Shown: piece by piece, positions 1 through 7,889 of the stretch
How positions within the stretch are numbered: the stretch's first letter is position 1
Layout of the letters: each line of letters opens with the position of its first letter
IMG/VR virus record: IMGVR_UViG_3300032243_000069
Span: 1-28,400 of that record
DNA: 28,400 nucleotides
Reading direction: 5' to 3' (one strand)
DNA from: a virus
Taxonomy: Duplodnaviria; Caudoviricetes
Translations under genes and position numbers: made by a program
The notes under the pieces: model-generated
The model's database searches: none
What the model was told of the DNA's origin: nothing
Seen by the model: only the letters and a program-made list of their open reading frames with translations

Positions 1-1
1 A

Positions 2-844
2 CGAATATATACAAACGGAACATTTGCAGAAGATACTGATGCAAACTCTTTAACATCGTTTAATAATAATGGATTTACTTATGGTTCGGGGGCTGGAAAT
101 AATTCTAGTCAAACTTTTGTAGGATGGCAATGGCAAGCTGGTCAAGGTTCTACATCATCTAATACAAGTGGTTCTATTACATCAACAGTAAGCGTTAATG
201 CTTCTGCTGGATTTAGTGTTGTTACATTTAATTCAACTTCAGCAAGTGGCACATCTACAATAGGTCATGGTTTAGGTGTAGTTCCAGCTATGCTTATTAT
301 GAAAGATAGAACTTCTGCTTATGGTTGGGATGTATGGACTAAAGGATTGGGAGCAATTACTAATAGTTTAATATTACAAAGCACCGCAGCAGTATCAACA
401 ACTAGACAACCTTTTGGTTCAGTATCACCTACAAGTTCGGTATTTACATTTAACAATGCTTTCTATGCGGTTTCCAATGATAATATTGTTGTTTATGCTT
501 GGGCAGAAATAGCAGGTTACTCTGCTTTTGGTAGCTATACAGGTAATGGTTCTACTGATGGTCCATTTGTTTACACAGGATTTAGACCAAAGTTTGTAAT
601 ATTTAAAAGAAGTGATAGCACAGGCAACTGGCAAATGATTGATACATCAATTAATCCATATAACAATGCTGGCACAGATTTGTTTGCCAATTTATCAAAT
701 GCTGAAACAAGCGGTTATGCTTTTGATATTCTTTCAAATGGCTTTAAACAGCGTGATAATGGTGCTGGACAAAATGCTTCAGGTGGAACTTATATTTACA
801 TGGCATTTGCCGAAAACCCTTTTAAGAACGCTTTAGCGAGGTAA
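2..844 (+). CDS. Tail fibre / receptor-binding protein, C-terminal part (5'-truncated by the window edge)
   Basis: The frame is open from base 2, in frame with the ORF-track ATG at 290. It is Gly/Ser/Thr/Asn rich, with motifs (GFSVVT...GHGLG.VP.M..K.R; YSAFGSYTGNGS.DGPFVYTGFRP; YIYMAFAENPFK) typical of aquatic phage tail-fibre C-termini. Confidence 0.75.
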   Translation, partial: RIYTNGTFAEDTDANSLTSFNNNGFTYGSGAGNNSSQTFVGWQWQAGQGSTSSNTSGSITSTVSVNASAGFSVVTFNSTSASGTSTIGHGLGVVPAMLIMKDRTSAYGWDVWTKGLGAITNSLILQSTAAVSTTRQPFGSVSPTSSVFTFNNAFYAVSNDNIVVYAWAEIAGYSAFGSYTGNGSTDGPFVYTGFRPKFVIFKRSDSTGNWQMIDTSINPYNNAGTDLFANLSNAETSGYAFDILSNGFKQRDNGAGQNASGGTYIYMAFAENPFKNALAR

Positions 845-846
845 TT

Positions 847-1278
847 ATGTTTATATTAAATGGTAGTCATTTAGCACAAGGAACTGCATTTACTGTAAAT
901 GACATACAGTATCCTGCTAATTGGCTAAACCTAACTACATTGGCTGAGAAACTAGCAATTGGTATTACTGAAGTTGCTGACCCAGTAAGAGCTGACGATA
1001 GATTCTATTGGGATGGTGATGTTAATAATCCTAAAGATTTATCTAAGTGTCAAGCAATGTTGATTACTCAAGTTAAGACTGCTGCTGGCTCTTTGTTGTC
1101 TGTTACTGATTGGAAAGTGATTCGTGCTGCTGAAGGCGGTGCTGCTGTCGATGCAGACACAACTGCTAAGAGAACTGCTATCCGTACTAAGTCTAATGAG
1201 ATAGAAGCTGCTATTACTGCTTGCACTACTGTGGAGCAACTAGCATCTCTTGATTTGTCTTTTCCAAAGCAGGATTGA
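847..1278 (+). CDS. Tail fibre assembly/chaperone-like protein
   Basis: Lies directly after the fibre, with a GAGG RBS. The LLSVTDWKVIR...R.AIR motif resembles phage tail assembly chaperones. Confidence 0.6.
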   Translation: MFILNGSHLAQGTAFTVNDIQYPANWLNLTTLAEKLAIGITEVADPVRADDRFYWDGDVNNPKDLSKCQAMLITQVKTAAGSLLSVTDWKVIRAAEGGAAVDADTTAKRTAIRTKSNEIEAAITACTTVEQLASLDLSFPKQD

Positions 1279-1281
1279 TAA

Positions 1282-1452
1282 ATGAGTGAATTCATTGACA
1301 ATACAGAGGCTAGATTAAACTCACACGAGGCTGTGTGTGCAGAAAGGTATCTAGGTATCAACGGACGATTAAAACGATTAGAACAGATTCTGTTAGGTTC
1401 TTGTGGTTTTATTATTGCTTTATTAGCTACTGTGGCATTTAAACTACACTAA
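1282..1452 (+). CDS. Small membrane protein (56 aa), XhlA/holin-like
   Basis: Absent from the ORF track. Translates as MSEFIDNTEARLNSHEAVCAERYLGINGRLKRLEQILLGSCGFIIALLATVAFKLH: a coiled-coil followed by one C-terminal TM helix. It fills the gap between neighbours. Confidence 0.7.
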   Translation: MSEFIDNTEARLNSHEAVCAERYLGINGRLKRLEQILLGSCGFIIALLATVAFKLH

Positions 1453-1465
1453 AATTAGGATTATC

Positions 1466-1825
1466 ATGTTTCCAGATTTAATTGCTTTGTTATTATCCAG
1501 TAGAGATGCTGCTCATAAGCAACATTGGAATACTGTAAGTTTTTCACAGCACAAGACTTTAAACGAGTTTTATGATTCTATTCTTGAATTAACTGATTCA
1601 TTGATGGAAAAATATCAGGGACGAAAAGGTCGTGTTGAAATTCCAGCATTGATTGAACCGGGTATTTATACAGAAACACCAATGACATTGCTAAAGAAGC
1701 ATTTACACTGGATTGAGAATAATCGTTACAAAGCAATCCCTAAGAACGATACTGCACTGCAAAACATTGTTGATGAAATAGTTGGTCAATATTTAGAAAC
1801 TTTGTATTTACTAACTTTAAAATAA
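1466..1825 (+). CDS. Ferritin/Dps-like four-helix-bundle protein (DUF5856-like)
   Basis: HKQHWNT..FSQHKTLNEFYD......DSLMEK parallels the Dps ferroxidase signature (HW..H..D...E). AGGA RBS. Confidence 0.65.
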   Translation: MFPDLIALLLSSRDAAHKQHWNTVSFSQHKTLNEFYDSILELTDSLMEKYQGRKGRVEIPALIEPGIYTETPMTLLKKHLHWIENNRYKAIPKNDTALQNIVDEIVGQYLETLYLLTLK

Positions 1826-1834
1826 GGATTAATT

Positions 1835-2152
1835 ATGAGCACATTTCAACTAGACCCTAACGGAGTAGCTAACGGAGTTCCTGCTTTAGGAACAACTCAA
1901 GTATTTACTGTTACCAATTCTAGCGTAGCTTCAACAGCTTTCGGTCAAAATACAACAATGGTTCAGATTGCTGTATCTTTAGGACATTGTCATTTTGCAA
2001 TCGGTACAGCACCTACTGCATCTATTACAACAAGTCCTATGGCAGCAACTAATAATATTTTCTTTGTTAGAGTAAATCCCGGAGATAAAATTGCTGTTAT
2101 TAAAGACTCTGGTGTAACATCTTCTACATTAGCTGTAACTGAACTTCTCTAA
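1835..2152 (+). CDS. Hypothetical beta-rich protein, probably a virion component
   Basis: 105 aa, Thr/Ser/Val rich, AAGGA RBS, in the structural arm. Confidence 0.55.
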   Translation: MSTFQLDPNGVANGVPALGTTQVFTVTNSSVASTAFGQNTTMVQIAVSLGHCHFAIGTAPTASITTSPMAATNNIFFVRVNPGDKIAVIKDSGVTSSTLAVTELL

Positions 2153-2161
2153 GGATAAATC

Positions 2162-2350
2162 ATGAAAGAAACTAAAAAGCAACAAGCTAAAATTGGTAAA
2201 GTAATGCACGAGTACAAAGCAGGTACATTAAATACTGGTTCTAAGACTGGTCCTGTTGTTAAGTCTCGTAAGCAAGCTATCGCTATTGCAATGAGTCAGG
2301 CTGGCATGGCTAAGAAACCAATGAAGAAGTCTGCTGGCAGAGGTAGATAA
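2162..2350 (+). CDS. Small basic protein (DUF6496-like)
   Basis: KIGKVMHEYKAGTL..G...GPVVKSRKQAIAIAMS motif; AAGGA RBS. Confidence 0.7.
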   Translation: MKETKKQQAKIGKVMHEYKAGTLNTGSKTGPVVKSRKQAIAIAMSQAGMAKKPMKKSAGRGR

Positions 2351-2499
2351 TGAAGCAAGGACTCTATTCCAATATCGCTGCAAAGCGTAAGCGTATCGCT
2401 GAAGGCTCTGGAGAGAAGATGCGTAAAGTTGGTAGCAAAGGTGCTCCTACTGCAAAAGCATTTAAAGACTCTGCTAAAACAGCAAAGAAGAAGAAATAA
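2350..2499 (+). CDS. Small Lys-rich protein (49 aa)
   Basis: Absent from the ORF track. Translates as MKQGLYSNIAAKRKRIAEGSGEKMRKVGSKGAPTAKAFKDSAKTAKKKK, with TAATG stop/start overlaps at both ends. Confidence 0.75.
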   Translation: MKQGLYSNIAAKRKRIAEGSGEKMRKVGSKGAPTAKAFKDSAKTAKKKK

Positions 2500-2747
2500 T
2501 GGTTAAAAAGGTTTATCAGAACCCTGAAGGTGGTCTCAATCAAAAAGGTCGAGACTACTATAACAAGACTACTGGTTCTAAGTTAAAGCCACCAGTGTCT
2601 GCTAAAGAGGCTGCAAAGTCTCCTAAAGCTGCTGGTAGACGCAAGAGCTTCTGTGCTCGTATGAGTGGTGTTGACGGTCCTATGAAGGACGAAAAAGGAA
2701 GACCTACTCGTAAAGCACTGGCATTAAAGAAGTGGGATTGTAAATAA
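2499..2747 (+). CDS. Small basic protein (DUF6321-like)
   Basis: GGLNQKGR...RRKSFCARM...KALALKKW.C motif; translationally coupled to the upstream gene. Confidence 0.7.
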   Translation: MVKKVYQNPEGGLNQKGRDYYNKTTGSKLKPPVSAKEAAKSPKAAGRRKSFCARMSGVDGPMKDEKGRPTRKALALKKWDCK

Positions 2748-2753
2748 TAATTG

Positions 2754-2782
2754 TTGACACATTGACAAAAGTGTGATAAACT
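2754..2782 (+). promoter_or_regulatory. sigma70-type promoter
   Basis: TTGACA (2754-2759), 17-bp spacer, TAAACT (2777-2782) with extended -10 TG at 2774-2775. A second TTGACA sits at 2762-2767. Intergenic. Confidence 0.65.
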
Positions 2783-2792
2783 AAGGAACAAC

Positions 2793-3449
2793 ATGGCAAC
2801 AACTTACCTACAAGCTGTTAACTCTGTTTTGCGTAGATTGCGTGAAACAGAAGTTGCTACAGTCAATGAAAACAACTACTCTAAATTAATTGGAGAGTTG
2901 GTTAACGACGCTAAAAAACAAGTAGAAGATTCTTATGATTGGAACTCCTTAACTACTTATTTTACTGTCACTACTGTAGCAGACCAGTATGACTATACTG
3001 TCACAGGTTTAGGTGATAGATTTAAAGTTATTGACTTTCTAAACGATACTCAAGACTATGCAATGATTAATATCACTGCAGAGCGTATGAATCGTTTCAC
3101 GACCTTTGGCACACCACAAAAGTCTTCTCCTTTGTATTATACTTTTAATACTATTGATTCAGCTACAGGAGATACTAAAGTTAGTTTGTTTCCGTTACCT
3201 GATAAAACATATTCTTTGATTTTAGATGCTATTGTGCCACAAGCAGACTTGGCTTCTGATAGCACAATCATATTAGCCCCAGCTACTCCTATTATTCTTA
3301 ATGCCTACGCTAGAGCGTTACTTGAGCGTGGTGAGGACAATGGATTAAATTCTAGTGAAGCATGGGCTTTGTACAAGTCTTCTTTAAGCGACAATATTGC
3401 TGTGCAAGCTGCACATCACACTGAGTTTACTGAATGGATTGCTAATTAA
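2793..3449 (+). CDS. Tail adaptor / tail tubular protein A-like
   Basis: 218 aa. The N-terminal TYLQAVNSVLRRL.E..V and the position before the nozzle gene resemble T7 gp11-type adaptors. Confidence 0.65.
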   Translation: MATTYLQAVNSVLRRLRETEVATVNENNYSKLIGELVNDAKKQVEDSYDWNSLTTYFTVTTVADQYDYTVTGLGDRFKVIDFLNDTQDYAMINITAERMNRFTTFGTPQKSSPLYYTFNTIDSATGDTKVSLFPLPDKTYSLILDAIVPQADLASDSTIILAPATPIILNAYARALLERGEDNGLNSSEAWALYKSSLSDNIAVQAAHHTEFTEWIAN

Positions 3450-5029
3450 TGTCTAAAGCACTACAAGCCGCTACGATTGCAGCTCCGGGGTTCATGGGTT
3501 TAAATACTCAGGACTCTGGTGTTACTTTAGAATCTGGATATGCTTTAGTTGCTCAAAACTGTATTATTGATAAGTTTGGTCGTGTTGGTTCTCGTAAAGG
3601 ATGGACACCAGTTCATGCTTCTAATGGGGATTTAAGTACTTCAGATGTTAAGACATTAGCACAAGTTCGTGGTCCTGATAACAATACTGTCTTATTTGCT
3701 GCTGGTAATAATAAACTCTTCCTTGAAGAGTCTAGCGCATTAGTTAAGAAGAATGTTCGTAATGCTGCAGACAGCGCTGATGTCAGCTATACCATTACTG
3801 CAGACCATTGGCAAGTATCTAATATTCAGCAATCTGGTGAAACTAAAGCATTTGCTACTGTAGTTCAGGCTGGTCATCCAGTATTGTTGTTAAACTATTT
3901 AACTACAGCATTTGGGTTTCAAAGATTAGGAGATTTAGGAAATGTACCGTCAGGTTATTCTACTACTACTTTCACTCCTAACTGTTCTTTGGCTGCTTAT
4001 GGTCGCACTTGGGTGGCTGATATTACTGGCGATAGACAAACAGTCTATTTTTCAGATTTAGTTAATGCTTTAAATTATCAAACAGGAACTTCTGGAAGAT
4101 TAAACATTTCTGAAGTGGTTGGTGATGGAGACCCTATCACTGCAATTACAGAGCATAATGGTTTCTTAATCATATTCTGTACTCGTCATGTAGTTATCTA
4201 TAGCAATGCTAAAGACCCTTCTAATTTAACTCTTTCTGACATGATTAGCGGTGTTGGTTGCATCGCTCGTGATTCCGTACAAAAGACAGGTACAGATGTT
4301 ATCTTCTTGTCTGAAACAGGTGTGCGTTCACTGATGCGAGTGATTCAAGAGAAATCTGCTCCTTTGCGTGATTTGTCTAAGAATGTTCGTGATGATTTAT
4401 TATTGGATATCACAACGGAAAGTGACCGTACAAAGATTAAAGCAATCTATTCCCCATTAGATGCTTTTTACTTATTATCGTTACCTACCGTAGTAAAGAC
4501 TTATTGTTTTGATACTAGAACACAATTACAAGATGGTGCTTCTCGTGTAACAACATGGGATGTAGCACCAACAGCATTTTGTCTTACAACAACAACTGCA
4601 TTATATTTAGGCAAAGCTGGTTATGTTGGTTTGTACACTGGATACATTGATAACTCTTCATCGTATTCTATGTCATATTATACCAACTATGCTGACTATT
4701 CAGCACCGACTACACTAAAGATGCTAAAGAGTGCTGATTTCTTTTTAATTGGTGGAGCATCTCAGAATGTCACCATTAAATGGGACTTTGATTACGCAGG
4801 TTCTTATAGTGCTCAAGCAGTAACTTTAGATACAACTTCGATTGCAGAGTACGGTATTGCAGAATACGCTATTGGTAAATACTCAGGTGGGTCTGTAATT
4901 ACTAAATTAAAGATACCAACTTCAGGTTCTGGTCGTGTAATTCAATTAGGTCTTGAGTCTAGTATTGGTGGTAATTCATTGTCTATTCAAAAACTTGATG
5001 TTTATGTCAAAATTGGTAGAACTCTGTAA
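3449..5029 (+). CDS. Tail nozzle / tubular protein B / P22 gp10-like stabilisation protein
   Basis: 526 aa, with a beta-propeller-like pattern (F.GLNT.D; VGCIARDSV; FLS..GVRSL); follows the adaptor. Confidence 0.65.
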   Translation: MSKALQAATIAAPGFMGLNTQDSGVTLESGYALVAQNCIIDKFGRVGSRKGWTPVHASNGDLSTSDVKTLAQVRGPDNNTVLFAAGNNKLFLEESSALVKKNVRNAADSADVSYTITADHWQVSNIQQSGETKAFATVVQAGHPVLLLNYLTTAFGFQRLGDLGNVPSGYSTTTFTPNCSLAAYGRTWVADITGDRQTVYFSDLVNALNYQTGTSGRLNISEVVGDGDPITAITEHNGFLIIFCTRHVVIYSNAKDPSNLTLSDMISGVGCIARDSVQKTGTDVIFLSETGVRSLMRVIQEKSAPLRDLSKNVRDDLLLDITTESDRTKIKAIYSPLDAFYLLSLPTVVKTYCFDTRTQLQDGASRVTTWDVAPTAFCLTTTTALYLGKAGYVGLYTGYIDNSSSYSMSYYTNYADYSAPTTLKMLKSADFFLIGGASQNVTIKWDFDYAGSYSAQAVTLDTTSIAEYGIAEYAIGKYSGGSVITKLKIPTSGSGRVIQLGLESSIGGNSLSIQKLDVYVKIGRTL

Positions 5030-5318
5030 AGGCAAGTTACCTGTAGTAATAAAGCCAGACTATACAATTTATTTAGAATGGTTTGAAGGTGTACATTGGT
5101 TTCATACAGATGTGCGTAAATGGACATCAAAGGTTAAAGAAAAGTTTTTAGAAGATTTAAATTTAATTTATTGTTTAACTGGTCGTCCGCTGTATGCATT
5201 GTCAATGAAAGAGAATACGAAATTGGTTAAATTCGGTAAAAGTTTAGGTTGGAAACATTTGAAAGATGTTCAGTTGAATAATAATCAAGAAGCATATATT
5301 TATACATGGAGTAAATAA
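5004..5318 (+). CDS. Small virion-assembly protein, possibly a GNAT-like fold (T7 gp13 position)
   Basis: The ATG at 5004 is preferred over the ORF-track start at 4953. Lies between the nozzle and ejection genes. The C-terminal KLVKFGKSLGW resembles GNAT motif B. Confidence 0.45.
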   Translation: MSKLVELCKGKLPVVIKPDYTIYLEWFEGVHWFHTDVRKWTSKVKEKFLEDLNLIYCLTGRPLYALSMKENTKLVKFGKSLGWKHLKDVQLNNNQEAYIYTWSK

Positions 5319-6691
5319 TGGGCGGAGTCGTTAGCGATATTGGAAGTTTCATACAGGACAATGTAGTCACCCCTGTTAGTAATATAGGAGTGGGGGTTGA
5401 CCAAGCTGTCAATCAAATTCCGGGAGGGTGGATGACTGTTGGCGGTCTTGCTGCTGGCGGTGCTGGAGGTCTACTTGGGGGTGCTGCCGCTGCTGGAACA
5501 GGTCTAGGTGAACTAGCTGCTGCAGATATGGCAGGATTAGTTGCTTCCGGCATACCTCAATCACAAGCCGCATCTATTATTGCATCGCAATATGGTATTG
5601 ATTCGTTTGTAGCTGCTGACATGGCTGGACTTGCTGCCCAAGGTCTTAGCCCAACTCAAATTGCTTCTACAATTGGTCAATCGGGCTATAGTCCTGAATT
5701 GTTAGGTCTTGCACAAAAAGCTGGTGTAGATACTTCAACGATTGGTAGTTTAGTTAAACAATATGGTTCACAAGCAATTAAATCATTATTGACCACTGGC
5801 GGTGCTCAAGCAGTTAAATCTTTAGTTGGTTCTGCAGGAAATACTGGATTATTAAGCGGTGCTGCTAATGCTGCATTATCTGCATCACAACTTGCTAAAC
5901 TAAGACAAGCCTATAGTCAAAATGTTGCAGGGCAACAACAAGCTACTCAACAAGCTGTATCTCAAGCTGGATTTACTCCTGTAGGAACTACAACTGCTTT
6001 TGGTACATCTAATTTTGGTTTTGACCCTACAACAGGTAAGTTAACTTCTGCTGGTTATACAGCAACTCCTGAATTAGCAGCTCAAAGACAAAAACTATTT
6101 GGTTTAGGTGCTGAAGCATTGCCAACAACGGCGAATACACAAGATATTCAACAACAATATATTGCACAGCAAAGAGGATTACTAGCTCCAAGTCGTGAAC
6201 AAGCATTAGCTAACTTAAATAATACTCAATTTCAAACTGGAACAACTGGTTTAGCTACTGGTGGTACAGTGGCTGGCTATGCTCCCGGTGCTGCAGGTTT
6301 AATGCAGACTAATCCACAACTAGCTGCTTATTATAATTCTATTGCACAACAAGATGCTCAACTAGCTGCCAATGCTCCTACTTACGCTCAGAATCAATTA
6401 AATGCTCAGATTGCTACTGGTACTGGTCTATTTGGTGCTGCAAATACTTTAGAAAACTATGCACAACAACCATTGGCTTTGTCTTCTGCTCTTGGTACAG
6501 CAGCTTCTACAGCAGGTGCAAAATCAGGCTATTATGGATTGTTAGGAAATCAAGGTGCATTGGCAACACAGTTACAAGGAAATCAAGCAGATATTTATGG
6601 CACAGGTCAAGCAATTGGAACACTAGCAAATCCTATTCTCACAGCAGCTCAAGGCGGTTTAAACACTGCTATTGGTAATTGGTTATCATAA
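5318..6691 (+). CDS. Internal virion / DNA ejection protein 1
   Basis: 457 aa, Ala/Gly/Gln rich, with hydrophobic Gly-rich N-terminal segments; canonical podovirus position. Confidence 0.6.
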   Translation: MGGVVSDIGSFIQDNVVTPVSNIGVGVDQAVNQIPGGWMTVGGLAAGGAGGLLGGAAAAGTGLGELAAADMAGLVASGIPQSQAASIIASQYGIDSFVAADMAGLAAQGLSPTQIASTIGQSGYSPELLGLAQKAGVDTSTIGSLVKQYGSQAIKSLLTTGGAQAVKSLVGSAGNTGLLSGAANAALSASQLAKLRQAYSQNVAGQQQATQQAVSQAGFTPVGTTTAFGTSNFGFDPTTGKLTSAGYTATPELAAQRQKLFGLGAEALPTTANTQDIQQQYIAQQRGLLAPSREQALANLNNTQFQTGTTGLATGGTVAGYAPGAAGLMQTNPQLAAYYNSIAQQDAQLAANAPTYAQNQLNAQIATGTGLFGAANTLENYAQQPLALSSALGTAASTAGAKSGYYGLLGNQGALATQLQGNQADIYGTGQAIGTLANPILTAAQGGLNTAIGNWLS

Positions 6692-6700
6692 GGAATTAAT

Positions 6701-7888
6701 ATGGCAGATATGTTCGATAAAGAAGAACTTGGTATTGTTGGTTCTTTGTTTGGTACAACACCAGAAGCATTGCAACTTGCTCGTGAAAACACAGCATACA
6801 CTCGTGGCACAAGTGCTGGTACAAACTTACTTGGCGGTATTCTAGGACAGTCTGGAATGTTTGCTGAACGAGGTGCTGCAGGTCTTCGTGGTGCTTTAGG
6901 ACAACAGACTCAAGAAGAGCAAATGTTAGGTTTGCGTAAACAAGCACAACAACAGTTTGATACTAATACTCCTGAAGGACTGTATCAAATGGCACAGTTC
7001 CTAAACAAATCAGGAGATGCTGCTGGAGCAAGACAAGCTATTTTATTAGCTCAGGGACAGCAACAAGCTGGTGCTACTTTAGCAAAAACTCAAGCTGAAG
7101 AAAAAGCTAAACTTCGTGAACCTTTACCTAATATTGCTAAATTACAAGCATATAGAACTAATCTAATTGCTCAGTTTGGTGCAAATGACCCTCGTGTTAA
7201 AGAAGTAGACGCTGAAATTGCTGGTTTAGCTAAACAAGGACAAACAACTATTGATTTAGGTGGTTTGACTAGTTTATTTGCTAAAAAAGAAGCTGAAGCA
7301 AGTGCAAAAGAAGTTACTGACCAAATTGCTTCTGCACAAAAAGCTCTAAGTACAAATTCTAAAGTGTCTCGTGATATTGCAGAAATTGAAAAGATTTTAC
7401 CTAATACATTCCAAGGTCAATTTGCTAATTTTGCAAAAACTGCAAGCAAAACTTTATCTGCTGCAGGTATTCCTGTGTCTGAAAAAGCAAGCAACACTGA
7501 AGTTTTACAGGCTTTGACTAATAATTTAGTATTACCTGCTGTAAAACAACTACCGGGTTCTTTAGCAGCAAAAGAATTGGCTTTCTTACAAGAAACAAAA
7601 CCTACAGCACTACAAGAACCTGCAACTGTTAAGCGTTTAATTAGTTTACTAAAAGATGATATTTCTGTTAATCGTGCTTTAGTTAAACGAGCTGACAAAT
7701 ACAAAAATGAAAATAAACTTGGTAGTTTACAAGGATTTAATGTTGCATTACAGCAAGATGAACTTTATACTAGTTTAAATCGGTATAATAATCTTAAAGC
7801 TAAAGTGCTAGCAAGTCCCGGTAAACAAGTATTAAATGCTAATGAAGCCGCTTTTGCTAAATCCATTGAAGAAGAATTAGGACTTTAA
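6701..7888 (+). CDS. Internal virion / DNA ejection protein 2
   Basis: 395 aa, helical Ala/Gln/Lys rich, AAGGA RBS, syntenic position. Confidence 0.55.
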   Translation: MADMFDKEELGIVGSLFGTTPEALQLARENTAYTRGTSAGTNLLGGILGQSGMFAERGAAGLRGALGQQTQEEQMLGLRKQAQQQFDTNTPEGLYQMAQFLNKSGDAAGARQAILLAQGQQQAGATLAKTQAEEKAKLREPLPNIAKLQAYRTNLIAQFGANDPRVKEVDAEIAGLAKQGQTTIDLGGLTSLFAKKEAEASAKEVTDQIASAQKALSTNSKVSRDIAEIEKILPNTFQGQFANFAKTASKTLSAAGIPVSEKASNTEVLQALTNNLVLPAVKQLPGSLAAKELAFLQETKPTALQEPATVKRLISLLKDDISVNRALVKRADKYKNENKLGSLQGFNVALQQDELYTSLNRYNNLKAKVLASPGKQVLNANEAAFAKSIEEELGL

Positions 7889-7889
7889 T

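Noticed and set aside
1-844. Diversity-generating retroelement target in the tail fibre
   Set aside because: No reverse transcriptase or template repeat is seen in the window.
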